NCBI GenBank assembly: GCA_032718475.1
Contig: JAUCBJ010007727.1
Span: 1,988 to 65,987, forward strand
Direction of reading: 5' to 3'
Length of the DNA stretch: 64,000 nucleotides
From: Nemertoderma westbladi
Lineage: Eukaryota; Animalia; Xenacoelomorpha
Part shown: piece after piece, positions 36,101 to 48,707 of the stretch
How the letters are laid out: each line of letters starts with the position of its first letter
How positions within the stretch are numbered: the first letter of the stretch is position 1
Notes under the pieces: model-generated
What the model was told of the DNA's origin: nothing
Database searches by the model: none
Seen by the model: only the letters and a program-made list of their open reading frames with translations
Made by a program: the position numbers and the translations under genes

Positions 36101-36370
36101 AGTGGAGGGGTTTACTGTGAAAGATCACCCATGGTGGTGAACAGGCATTCCTTTAGGAAACAAAGTGGAGGGGTTTACTGTGAAAGATCACCCATGGTGG
36201 CGAACAGGCATTCCTTTAGGAAACAGAGTGGAGGGGTTTACTGTGAAAGATCACCCATGGTGGAGAACAGGCATTCCTTTAGGAAACAGAGTGGAAGGGT
36301 TTAATGTGGAAGATCACCCATGGTGGTGAACAGGCATTCCTTTAGGAAACAGAGTGGAAGGGTTTACTGT
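33184..36370. repeat. 63-bp satellite, ~50 units with recurring variants
   Basis: Unit GGCATTCCTTTAGGAAACAGAGTGGAAGGGTTTACTGTGGAAGATCACCCATGGTGGTGAACA. Confidence 0.97.
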
Positions 36371-36701
36371 TGAAGATTTTTACTGTTATTATTTATTTAA
36401 TGAAAATCGGTTGCGATAAACTTATGTATATTCGTGTACCTTTACCTTTATATTCGTGTACTTTTAGAGAAAAAAACATACTTCTATCAAAATACACTAT
36501 AAAAATATACGGGACAATAGTAAAGTGTAAAGAAGAAAAAAAAAGGGGGGGGGGGGGGGGGGGGGTGAAAGTTCACTCTTTAGTATGCGTAATACCTTTT
36601 TAGAAAAAATGTATCATGAAAAAAAGTGAAAAAGAAACACTATGAAATAAAGTGAAAGTGACATAGTTTAGTTGCAAGGTGATGCTGAGTCTTAATCTCA
36701 C

Positions 36702-36854
36702 CTCTTAAAATACCGTGTTCTATGTCATCTAAAGTGAAGACCATGCCGCCGATATTGTAAGCGTTACATCTCCAGAACTGTTTAATATCGAGTACAGACT
36801 TGGGAAGACTTTGTTGGCGAACCAGACTATGTAAAGTTAAACTATTATAGATAT
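36702..36854 (-). CDS. DUF547-family protein, exon 3
   Basis: Encodes (N)IYNSLTLHSLV...YNIGGMVFTLDDIEHGILR(G). AG acceptor, GTGAGA donor, phases 1/1. Confidence 0.93.
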
Positions 36855-38690
36855 CTATAAAAAATATTAGTAAAATAATGTTAAGGAAAATATTAGCAAG
36901 ATATAACAATAATTGGAATGAACACATATCATATGACGTCACAGGAATAAATACCCCCAGTCACAAAGAGTTACTGAAGCTCGAGATTTACAACCACTAT
37001 TTCTAGATTCGCGTTACTTTATTTTATCCACGATTGTTGTCGTGCATGAACTGCATAACGTTTAGGAAGAAATCTCATTAATCATAAGAAATTCGAGGGA
37101 TTATGAAACCCATAGAGTAGAAGGTTAGTAATTATTACCGAAGCCTCAAACGACTACTACTATAACTGTACAAGATACCAACCAAGGCCACTATAATAAT
37201 CATCTCGCAGAGATAGCACAGCTTGTAGTCGGTTTTCTATCTGGAATTTTCTTCTCAGATTCCCAGAATAAAATAAATTATTATAAGTCAGTATGATTTA
37301 TTCGCCTAATTATATTGGGTTAATTTAGATTTTTATAATTTACAACTGACATTGTTCGTTGGTATATATAGAGGTTGGTGGATTCGATATAAGGGCCGTG
37401 CACAAATAGTGATGTCACGGTTGGGGGGGGGGGGGGGGGGGGGGTGGTTTTGCCAACACTTTTCACTTTTTAGCTGATAGTTCATCGTTATAATAGCGAA
37501 TTTATCGCATCTTTGAGTTTAACTCATATTAATTTAATATCCATTTTGTGTTTTAAAATCCTCCAGAACTAATAGAAAGAATATAATTTTATAATATAAT
37601 ATTTATAATACTAAATACTGTATATAAATATATATTATAAATTATAATAAAATATTACTAAATAATACCGGCACCAGAATTAACATATACGGTATTAACT
37701 TAATAATTTCAAATTTAACACTTTTTATACCGATTATTTTTGTGACGTGATGTTCAAAGGGGGAGGGGGTGTTACAAAATTCGTGACAGATTGTGAAAGA
37801 GAGGGGCGGGGCGGGGGGGGGGGGGGGGGTTCGTCAAAAATAGCGTGACATCCTTAACGCATTTAATTTGACGCATTTAATTACAGTTGCTATTGTTACA
37901 TTATTAAGAGGAGATTGAACGAAAGCACCAATTTAATTGAATTAAAAGGTCACCATCACGGCTCACTCTATAACTAAACTCCAAAGTTGCGAAGAACTCC
38001 AGAAAATAATCGATAATACAATAAGTACCACAGAGAAAGGAAGTGGAGAGCCATGCAAAGGTAATAAATAATTTATAATGCACCTGTTAAATAAGAATTG
38101 GTTGTACAGGCGATCGATTACCTAAAAGGAATGGAATTAACAACTAAGTAACCTTCAGTGTAGTTGGGGATGCAGATGCAGGGTACGCCTTGCGATGCGA
38201 ATAAGGTATCGGAAAACAGAGGGTGTAGAAAGCATTGAGCTCTGTGTAGCGCTCTGCTACCAGGTATTACCATAAGGCCAATGGGACATGGGTTGCACGC
38301 CGCAGTATCTTCAAACAAACTGCTAGTTCTAAGAGTAGAAACTAATTACATTTCACAAAGAAATCGCATAAAGGGCGAATTAACCTGTTACAGGGATTCC
38401 ATTAGATCAATCATGCAGAAGCGGACAGTTACTTATAATCCCGAAGGAAATTAAGCAATATAAAAAAGGAAGTCATTAGCTTTAACTTTATTGGCGTCTC
38501 AGCTCGGTACATTTCCGTAACAGTCAGTGTCTATACTGTCTATAGTCACATAGAAACAAACGATTAAAGTGAAAGAAACCGGGTAGTGAAAAACAAGTAA
38601 ATTCTGTCGAGGAAAATAATTTTAAAATCAAAACGACATAGAAACTACGTAGAACAGCGCAGACCGCGGCAGTTGCCGATAAAAGGATAC
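36855..38690 (-). other. U12-type (minor spliceosome) GT-AG intron
   Basis: Donor GTATCCTTT at 38690-38682 and branch site TTCCTTAAC at 36888-36880. Splicing rebuilds the conserved FFINIYN motif. Confidence 0.9.
37390..37855. mobile_element. G-run-rich MITE, same family as 12278-12700
   Basis: Shared terminus TAAGGGCCGTGCA and shared internal blocks. Confidence 0.5.
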
Positions 38691-38848
38691 TAATAAAGAA
38701 AGCGACTCGTTCATCTTCCTTCATATCGGCGAGATTGACGCGTCGCAAGTCGCCACAGAGATTCACGTAGGAAGCGTACTCGCGACTCGCTGCCATGGCA
38801 ACGTAGTCCACACTGACGCCATCCGAGCCGATAAACGACCCATCCAAC
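38691..38848 (-). CDS. DUF547-family protein, exon 2
   Basis: Encodes LDGSFIGSDGVSVDYVAMAAS...DERVAFFI, with the VDY and AFxIN motifs. Phases 2/1. Confidence 0.92.
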
Positions 38849-39214
38849 CTATATAGGGCGATAATGATAAGTAAATATATCAATATAATATAATAAAGAA
38901 AATTAAATCTATATAGTAACAAATCACAATCAGCACATAACAAACTGTTCTATTAATTAATATTATATTATATTATAATTATATTATATCTATTAATTAT
39001 CTATTAAATATATTACATATTCAAAATTATCTAATACATGTACGTACATTTGTTTGCGGTGTTAATACGAAGTAAAGTAAATCTATTAGTTAATATAATA
39101 AAGTAAAGAAAGATATAAAGTAAACCATAAAATTGACCTGGGAACCAGAACAATTGCACCAAATATACAACAAAATTAGCATAGAACATAGTAAGTAAGG
39201 CCCTTAAACATAGA

Positions 39215-40392
39215 GTAAATCAAATTGCTGCGAAAGAACCAAAATGGACTTCTACCAAAAATAGATCAATAATAGCTCAGATACTTGCGTTACGGAGACT
39301 GGTTGAGGGAAATAAATCAAAGAATTTCCCCGCAGTCCCGACATTCGACTCCATCCATAGAGGTAAAATGCTGGAAATCCTAAGAGCTTATGGAATACCA
39401 GAAGTAATTGTTGCTGGCATTGGATTGTTATATTGCGACACAGAAGCGCAGGTACTCTCACCAGATGGTGAAACTGAGTTCGTCTGAATCCTGGCTGGCG
39501 TACTGCAAGGTGATACATTGGCGCCATTACTATTCGTAATTATACTGGATTACGCAATGAGGACGGCCACAAAGGGTGAAGATGTGGGATTCACACTTCA
39601 AGAACGCAGAAGTAGTAGATATCCGGCAACTACAGTCACAGACACCGACTTTGCGGATGACATCGACTTGCTCTCTAATACGCTTGCAGATGCACAGCTT
39701 CTACTAAATAAAGTGGAGAGGGCTGCTAAGGAGGTTGGATTGCATATTAATGCTACAAAGACCGAATTCATGACCTTTAATGTTGATGGAAACTTGACAA
39801 CAATTTATAATAATCAACCAAGGAAGGTCGACGATTTCCAGTACCTAGGATCATGGATAGAGAGTAGCAAAAAGGACATAGAAGTTAGGAAAGCAAAGGC
39901 TTGGGTAGCTCATGAAAAATACATACCATCTGGAAATCAGACCTCTCCAGGCACCTAAAGACTAAGTTCTTTCGAGCCACAGTGGAAAGTGTATTTTTAT
40001 ACGGGGGTGAGACCTGGACACTGACGAAATCACTTGAACACCGAATTGATGGTTGCTACACAATTATACTAAAGGGCAACCCTAAACATCAATTGGAACA
40101 ATACATGTTAAACGCGTTTATGCCTTAGGGTATTACTTACTATTTTCCGTGAACGTAGAGGGCACAAAAGGAGAAGTAAACAAGAGGTCCGTTATACCGG
40201 CAGTCATCTACATTTCTGGCCACCAACACAAGGAAAGCGTAGTCGTGGACGACCGGCCATAACATATAGACCAGCTTGAAAAATATACTGGACTTGGGAG
40301 AAACGAAATTGCGACAACTATGGAGAATTGGGAAGCCTGGAAGGATCTCATTTACACTGTCTGAGTTCGCTCGACCTAGTAGTAGTAGTAGA
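39215..40392 (+). mobile_element. Degenerate RTE-clade LINE fragment with (TAG)n tail
   Basis: Same family as 3140-4046 and 13350-15430; DFADDI and FQYLGS motifs; tail at 40377-40391. Confidence 0.9.
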
Positions 40393-40848
40393 TGCAGATG
40401 GTAGTAATAAGTACAGTAGAAAATCAAACCTTGCAGCCTTGTGGCTGTGGGCGTGGGTATGTCTTTGAGCACTGTGAAGAATGAAAATGAGGTGAAGATG
40501 AATTGCCTGCCATGCACATGCAGCCATGCCGCAACTTTCACTGGCGGTGGCGCCAGATCTGCGATTGGTGTCCTGATTGACAACCTGATTATCTGAGTAA
40601 ACCTTTGATACAGCCTTTAATGTATCCTTGTCGCAGTCCCAATGGAGGGAATGATGTAATATTTCATCTTTGAACAGAGATGAACGGTCGCACAGTCTCA
40701 TAAATGTATATATAACAATTTAATTTATAATTTAATTTAATTATAAATAATGGTAGGCAGAGGCACTATGAGCATAGCTCAATCTACAAAGCGTCCGAGT
40801 GCGTACACATTCAACATTCATATCATTAATTTCCTACTTTAAACTTAC

Positions 40849-40976
40849 AGCAAGGCGACACAGTTTAGCCTCTCAGAGAGACGAGGGGCGCTTGTTGGCT
40901 GTTCTAGAACACCAGAACGTCCACCTTCATCGTCAGAGTTTTGGTTTAATATCTGGACTTCTTCGAGCGGAAACAT
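40849..40976 (-). CDS. DUF547-family protein, probable first coding exon
   Basis: ATG at 40976 gives MFPLEEVQILNQNSDDEGGRSGVLEQPTSAPRLSERLNCVAL, then a GTAAGT donor in phase 2 matching exon 2. The six exons total 1002 bp (333 aa plus stop). Confidence 0.72.
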
Positions 40977-43900
40977 TAGTCGAAATTGGACAAAGTTAAG
41001 CTGTTGCTGCGTTCAGCGTTGGTTGTAGTTGAGCAGTCTGACAGTATCAGTGTATTATTTATATTGTAGGCCTACCATTTGCTGATTTGTACATGTACTG
41101 TAAGGTTCAGGACAGCCTCAACTACTTAAGCACTTGGCTATCTGGCTATCGCCGTTCCTTCTCCAATTCTCTATACCCAGATACCTGGATACCCACACGC
41201 GTTATTTTAATTCAAATAGGCCTAGGCCTACACCCTACAGTGCAGGAGTGGAAATCATGCAAAGCAGGTGTTTTCGCTATATCTGTATATAGCAGTAACA
41301 TAGCCTATAAATACACTAAAGAATAAGAATACACGTCTGACTGACTGAGACTGACAACCCTCCTACTCCTGCACTCAGACAGGTACAGTGAGGTGAGAGT
41401 GACAGTTACGTTTCGGGTGGGCTACCTACTGACCTACAAATGCAATTGGCAGATAGGCAGATAGGTACAGCAGAAATACAGCAATAGGCACCATAGGCCT
41501 ACAAATTACTATATAGGCCTATTTATTAATTTACGAGTTCTGGAGTTTGTACAGTGAATTTGTTGAGGATAGATGGAGGATTGTAGGCCTATATTAGGTC
41601 TATAAGCCTATGGGTATATATTTGATTAATTATTTTGGTTAGGGTTACAGCTTACAGGCAGACTGGCAGAGGCAGACAGGGTTACCTTAGGGTTTAGGAA
41701 GCCACTACTGCATACAGGCATACTGCTGTAAATTGTATTGAATTTGCAGGTACCACACTACCCAGCCAGCCAGCTACCATTGACAGATGATGACTGCTGG
41801 ACTGGCAGACTGGTTTATCTTTTTATGAGCATGCACACGTGGAGGTGGACTGGACACTGGACAGATGTAGTGCTAGTGCAAGTGCAGTGGTGTAGTATGC
41901 TACCTACAGACCTACCACCTACACTACGCGTCTGCCAGTACCGTCGCAGTGAAAAATTACTAAAATACCTTGCTGCCTTGCAAGTCAGCAAGTTGCCTTG
42001 CAAAATACAAGTGGCCTACCACCTGGCAGCCTGGCTGCCTGGCACCTCCGGTCCACAAACTGACAAAGAAATAAAATCTACAGGCCTATCTGCCGATCCG
42101 CCTAGGCCTATATATATATACACATACCTGCATACAACTGTACAACATACAGCGATACAGGTTCCGACTGTCTGATGCCAGGATGCCGGCAATAATACTG
42201 CAAGCAAGGCATGGCAGCATGGCTACAGGCTACATCCAGACATCTGTACATTGTCAGACTGTCAGATTGTCATTGTCAGACTGTCATTCTGACAGTTCAG
42301 CAGTTTCTGACATGGTCTGATGGTAACAGTGACATAACAGTACAGCCGTAGTAGGCAGCGGCAGCCAGCAGCGCAGCCGCAACACACAGCAGACATCAGG
42401 ACATGTAGGTCAGTTCAGTTCACTGTAGGATGGGATGGGCTTAGCGCTTAGACAGGCACTTGGTGCTTGCAGGTGGCAGGCTTGGCTGGCCCTGTCAAGC
42501 TGTCACTGGCAATACACTGACAGACTGATACACGACAATACTGCAATAGGCCATTGGCCTACTCAGATACCAGGATACTGCCATAGGCAGATCGGCCTAC
42601 ATCTGTATGTACATGCTGTCATTCTGATACAGTGATATGGAGAACATAGCACATGGGGCTGTGCCTGTCTGCCTGTGGGGTGTGATTTCCGGCAGTCCGG
42701 GTATTCGGGTATTACTGTATGTAAGTTTGTTTTGTACGGGCAACAGGTTACAGGGTTTCCTGGTTGGTTACAGCTACCGGTAGACCTACTCACGCTACTA
42801 CCTGACTACAGGCAGACAGGACTAGTCTACGGATCAGCTGTTTCAGGCCAGGACTGCATCGGTACCGGTACCGGTAGCATATTACTGTATTCCCAATTGG
42901 AGTGTCGTTTCAGCTTATTTTAACATATTAACTTAATTTCGCGAATATTTAATTTCGATATTCACCATTTAAACGCACCTTTTAAAGGAAAGTAGCAGGT
43001 TATAATAGCAGGCTTTTCTAACCAAAACAATAAACTAAATTTGGGAACACAGTTTACAGTAAAATTGTTACTTCTAGGCACAAATTTTTCAATATTAATT
43101 TAACATTAACCCTATAAGAAGGCTGAAACGACACCCCAATTGGTTTTTTGCGTACCGGTATGCGACGTATTAATACCTGAATTATGTATTGGATACAATG
43201 GCAGTTGGCATATTCCCCTACTTAACAAAAGCTTTGAGTAGGTAGGGAGTAGGGCGGCGGGAGTGCGTATCGACAGTAGTTTTATTAGTTGTCCGTTGAT
43301 GCTGGTTTGATGGCGTGTCACTTACAATTTTCTATCATGTTACAGTAACACAGTTTCTAGGGCAGTTTGTAGGCGTGACAACTTTACTTGTTCAGGGAAA
43401 GCACTGAGGGAAAACAGGGATTAGAGTAGCTCACACTTCCTTATTTTATTGCGGCGATCGCATCGTCTGGTATAAATATCCCAAAATGAATAGCGACATG
43501 GAAAATTATTAACCAATCATTGACGAGTGCGAGGTTACGGTATCGAATCCACACAAATGATACTATGTTAGTGGCAACATCATTCATACCTTGCTAGCAT
43601 ATACCCAGGATCATTATTACACGGAAATTCATCGTATCATGTTAGAGATTACAATTGAATTTTACCATTATTTTGGAAATGAAACAACCGTAATAGAAAC
43701 AGTTGAAACATCGACTCGTGAAATATATTAGTGCGACTGTTTGAGGCCCCTTTTCCTTTTTTGTGGGGCGGTCAAAACTGCGATATCAGAGCGAACCTTT
43801 ATCTGTTTATAGACGAGCCGTTATACTACATAGCTGTTTTATATATTTATTCTGTGTGTGACGGAAGCCAATAAAACTACGTAGAAACAGCGCTAGTAAT

Positions 43901-45584
43901 CATAACGTTTGCAGCAGCCAGCAGATAATGTAGGGGGTGGGGGTCAAGAAAAATCGAGGCGAGATTTGTTTCCAGTCCAGTCCAGTTGTTTTTGAACGAA
44001 CTCGAATAAATAACACATCGTTTGAATGTTTACCCAAGTAATTGAAGAATCATTAATTTATTAAAGTAACATTGCAGCATTGATCAATAAAGAATGGCTA
44101 AAGTGCATTACTGTGTTGTAGCTTAAATGACAAATAAACAAACAAGCTTGCCAGTGGAGAGCTGGCAAATCATAAAAAACAATTCTTCAAATTACATTCG
44201 ATAATTTAGAACAGACTCATTCGACCTGCAATGATCTGAAAAGTTTGTGTAAAGTGAAAACGCCTTCAAAAAAGGTGCTTGTGGTACCTTAGATGTCAAT
44301 TAATTTTTCCAAAATTTGTCATGATCCACTTGTTTAGCGATAAAGGAACAATGTGTAACTTATATACAAATCTGAGAGAAAAAATGTTTGCCTATATTTT
44401 TGGCCGTCTACCTCTAATAGGCCTACCGCATACAATGACAGGAAGACACATTGACGTATGACATCTCTCCTTTGTAACTCCTACTGTATTTATTCGACCG
44501 ACAACTATGATTAACTTTTTACCGAATACTTGATAATAATAAATTCTAACATTCTTTAATCAACATTCACGTTATTGCTATTATGTTATCACAATGTTTT
44601 TGGTCATTAAGATTAAATCACGCATAACTTACAGAATCAGAGCGATTTAAGGAAAAAACGCTCACACGGGGCAGCATAATACGAAACATTGGGCAAAGTA
44701 CCGGCTGTACAATATACACAAAGTACAGTAGTATACTGTATTGTATGATAAAAAACCATTGTTTGTAGGAAATGTACAGTAACTTCTCCTACAAAACGAA
44801 ATGAAGCGAAATTTTGCAGAAAGCATGTCCATTACAGTAGATGTTCCCCATGGGGTGTCGATAGAATTTTGATTGAGTGAATTCTACAATTATTATCGGT
44901 TATTCTAGTATTAATTTCACTGTTGCTAGGCAACCAACATGTCCCTCGCAACCAAAACCTTGCATACACAACTACAGTACTGAAGGTCCGACAATGAATC
45001 CATCATCAATGTTTCATCCAATTCCATCACCATTAAGTGTAAGAAGTTGTGTGTACAAACAGACACACAAGCACCCCCCAAAGATGAGTGAGAAATAAGG
45101 ACATCCAAATATTATTAGAGCTTGGTACTCTAATGTCTACCAATATGATAATAAATACATAGGGGGCCTACTGTGTTCTGGTAAGATTGTAGATGTTAGT
45201 TGGTGGGTTACAGGTCTGCTACACCAAACAACCCCAGACCTGTCTTTTTCTGAAACTGAAATCAGTAGCTACATTACGCCAAATAATAAACTCAAATTCA
45301 ATTGTGAGGCGAGACACTAAGTTGGCGTTAGCTTAGCGAACTGACACTGTTAGGGTTGAGTCGATAATCGCAAATACTGTAGTTGTCGTCGTCGTTGTCT
45401 GCGTTACCATTTTGACATGCTAATAACTTTGTCGCATTTAAAGCTGTCGAGTTGAAAATTTGTAGGCAATAATAAGACAAAGTTGTGATTTTTTAGAGAA
45501 TTCAAGTCTCTATCAGTTCAACAGTCTTCCGCTAGAGGGCTAAAAGACTGAACATTAAATGTCCTCCCATTTCTTCGCCTTTAA

Positions 45585-46363
45585 CCCCTTAGAGCCTATG
45601 ACGTCCACTGCACGTCACCATGGACAGCACTAAGACGTGCAGTGGACGTCATGCTGGAATACATGTTTTATTGGAAGGCTCTTGGTCTAGGTATACTGGT
45701 AGACAGTATTAATGACATTTAGTGCTCTTCATGGCAAAAAAATCCATTCTGAACTGTAGATAGGCTGTATTGTAGACTGTATTATTAGTGTTAGGTATAT
45801 GGCGTAATGCCAACCACAGTACAGTAGTACAGACTGACAGAAAGACCGACAGACAGACAGACTAGATTTATGTAAACGTGTAAACTGACATTAGAATTGA
45901 AATCAGCAACCCTTAAAACCCCCATGGCGAGAATGTTAGTTAGTTTGTATACTTTCTTAAGTTTTGACAGACTGACTGACAGAAAGACCGATAGCCAGAC
46001 TGACTAGATTTTTTTAAACGTGAAAACTGACATCTGAAATTAAATCAGCACCCATTAAAACCCCCATAGCGAGAATGTTAGTCAGTTTGTATTATTTTTT
46101 AAGTTTTGACAGACTGACTGACTGACTGACAGAAAGACCGACAGACCGACGAACAGACAGACTAGTTTTATGTAAACCTGAAAACTGACATCAGAAATGA
46201 AATCAGCACCCCTTACAACCTCCATAGCGAGAATGTTAGTTAGTTTGTATTCTGTTATAAGTTTTGACAGACAAACAGACAGAAAGACTGATAAACTTCA
46301 GATTTGTGATTTTAGTTTAGGAATATGGGGCACAAATAAAATCCTGCTTTAGGTGCTAAAGGG
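45585..46363. mobile_element. piggyBac-like MITE with internal ~120-150-bp repeats
   Basis: TTAA at both ends (45581-84, 46364-67), CCC...GGG termini, repeated GACAGACTGA / GCGAGAATGTTAG blocks. Confidence 0.75.
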
Positions 46364-47039
46364 TTAATCCGTTCAAGCTGAAACTTGGCATATTTATCAT
46401 TAGTATATTACTATTAGTAAATTAGTATATACTGTAGTATAGTATATTAGCATATTTATCACCATTAGCTGTGTCCTACAAAGGAGGTTAGTCCTTTTGC
46501 AGTTCTCCAGTCTGCCGGTAGATGACGAAATATCTGAAAGTGAAATCCATGACGGGACCCTTGGTAGGAATAATTGGGGTATCCCAGTAAAGTGGTTGCC
46601 GGGATATGACCGGGATCATTTTTGATAAAATGGTAACATAGTTTAGGGGATTGCAAATAACTATACAATACAAACCGGGATAATTTATTATGGAAGATTT
46701 ATGAACCTTTGTTATTAGAATAAACTGTAATACTGTAAGATTTGACAAATTCAATGCTTTTGATTTGCTAACGCAGTCGTTATTAACCTAGATCAATCTT
46801 CTTCAACCTTATGATGATTTGGTGGAGAACTGATAGAAAACTGACCATGTTAGAATTCCAAATACATGTATGTAACACAATCGAAATCTCGTCGTAATAC
46901 AGTAATACTGTATGTAGCTGGGATATGAGCGTTCAAATGTTTCATGGTTTTGCACCAGCGCCGCGAGGCTATTTTATTCTATAACCATATTCTGGAACAT
47001 TTTGTTTATGTAGGAATAGCTACGTAATAATATGATTAA

Positions 47040-47290
47040 CCACCGACGGGGTGTGGTGCAAGGAGGCCGAAATCCTTATTCGCCACCTCGCCGAGACCTT
47101 AGTCTCGCGACGGCAAAGTATGACGGAACGCGGCCTCGCCTGTGTCTTGGGTGGAGTTCGAAGGCGCCCCCAGTTTTCCTTACTCCGTTCCAACTCCCTC
47201 TGTCTGCGCGGTGGTCGTCGGCCGTGGCGGGGTCTTGGACTTGGGGACGGCGCAGGTTTGCGGGGATCTGACCTACCGGATCGGTATTGA
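47040..47290 (+). mobile_element. 3' fragment of a CRE-clade non-LTR retrotransposon (restriction-like endonuclease end)
   Basis: TDGVWCKEAEILIRHLAETL...QFSLLRSNSLCLRGGRRPWRGLG resembles the C-terminus of CRE-type ORFs. GC-rich island followed by a C-run. Confidence 0.65.
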
Positions 47291-47352
47291 TCCCCCCCAC
47301 CCCCCCCCCCCCCCCCCCCCCGCTTGGTGTTGGGCCCTTTAGAGTGGTGCAA

Positions 47353-48707
47353 TTTGTGGGGCGAGCCACGAAGTGAGTGAGCCTTAGCGTAGTGGTACCA
47401 TTAATCAACCTGTCGTTCTGTCGTTCTGTCGTGTTCAATTTTAAACATTAATAACTCGGCCAATCTTTGATGAAATTTATCCAAACTTGGTACACATGTT
47501 GTTTGGCAAAAGTTTAGAAATTTTCCAAGTAGAATTTCCGTGTGGCCTTCGAGAAGCTAAGATAATAGCAGTTAATTAGTTAATTAAGTTGATTACGGTA
47601 ATAACACCATTTTCAACCTGCCTTTTAAAGGAAATTAATTGTTTTACAGTATAAGATTTAAATAATTATAATTAAAAATTATACAGATGTAATCCACATA
47701 CGCCATTCTATTATAGTTTTTAATTAGTTCAAGTGATTTGCTTTAATAATTGTGTCTTTAATTGATCTAAAGTAATTAAAACGGCAAAAAAAATTGATTC
47801 TCATTAAATACTGCTCATTTATTGGTTAACATCCAAGTTGGCTCGGTGCTGGTACATAAGATAGGAAGGATGTTTGGTGTGTGTAGAACAGCCAGTGCTC
47901 TTCAATGGGAATGCGAATGTAAGTAACCACATGTGTACAGGCCGGTAGACAGATTGGCCATAGCTAGCTAACGAGATGGAAATCTGAATTCCCTACTATT
48001 CAGTCTATTATTGTGTTATTGTGTGTTAGACAGATCTCATTTAATAAATGTCAGTCAATAACATTTTACCACTGCAGAAGTTTATTTATATCCATACTTG
48101 TTTTTTCCTCATAAATATTGGGCTTATTATTTTTTGATGGGATTTCTTTGTAGTTGAATTGTCTAAGTTTTTACACTGAGGCATTAACAGAGGGTACTGG
48201 TATTAAATTAATTATTTGAATATCATTACTGCATCGACTGCATTTAGTACTGCGTTCTGCATTGATTATATTCCTATAAACCATTCCTGGTTTCGCATAT
48301 TGCACGTATCCATAGTTATAAAGATTGCCAGTCTGCGTTTAGGAAATATATTTAAATACAAAACAGGACGAGCGCAACGACGCTTATAATAATTAAGACG
48401 AGTACGGCGTTGATTATATTCCTATACACCACCTGGCTTTGCATATTGAACGTGCGATTGGAAATAAGTTCGTTCTACCCTTCCGTGGGTGGTAGATGTC
48501 GTGGTTATGTATTGGTGGTTGGGAAGGGTGGGGGGGGGGGGGGGGGGTGGAGAGATTAAAAGGGGTGAACACGTACTGTCCCCCTTTCTTGGATTGATTG
48601 GTGGTGTGGGTAAATTTCTCAAAACCTGATTTTGTGATACAGTCGCTCAATTTTAATTTGTGTCTCATAACTGGGCCTCGTGCTGCGCGAAGGCCCCACG
48701 AACGTGT
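47353..48707 (+). mobile_element. Near-complete Helentron-associated (HINE/DINE-1-like) repeat
   Basis: 5' TGTGGGGC and 3' GCCCCAC subterminal inverted repeats, a TCTGTCG microsatellite-like stretch, and partial copies at 1215-1605 and 8843-11830. Confidence 0.6.

Noticed and set aside
33234-36304. 21-aa repeat ORFs (MVVNRHSFRKQSGRVYCGRSP)
   Set aside because: Satellite translation broken by stops and a frameshift, antisense within an intron.
33184-36370. CRISPR-like array
   Set aside because: No unique spacers and no cas genes; eukaryotic context. The same applies to the 45-bp and 19-bp arrays.
40348-40701. Alternative exon of the DUF547 gene
   Set aside because: It has a phase-2 GT, but the peptide shows no family resemblance; 40849-40976 fits better.
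44094-44280. THAP-like start (MAKVHYCVV)
   Set aside because: Stops after a few codons; too degenerate to call.
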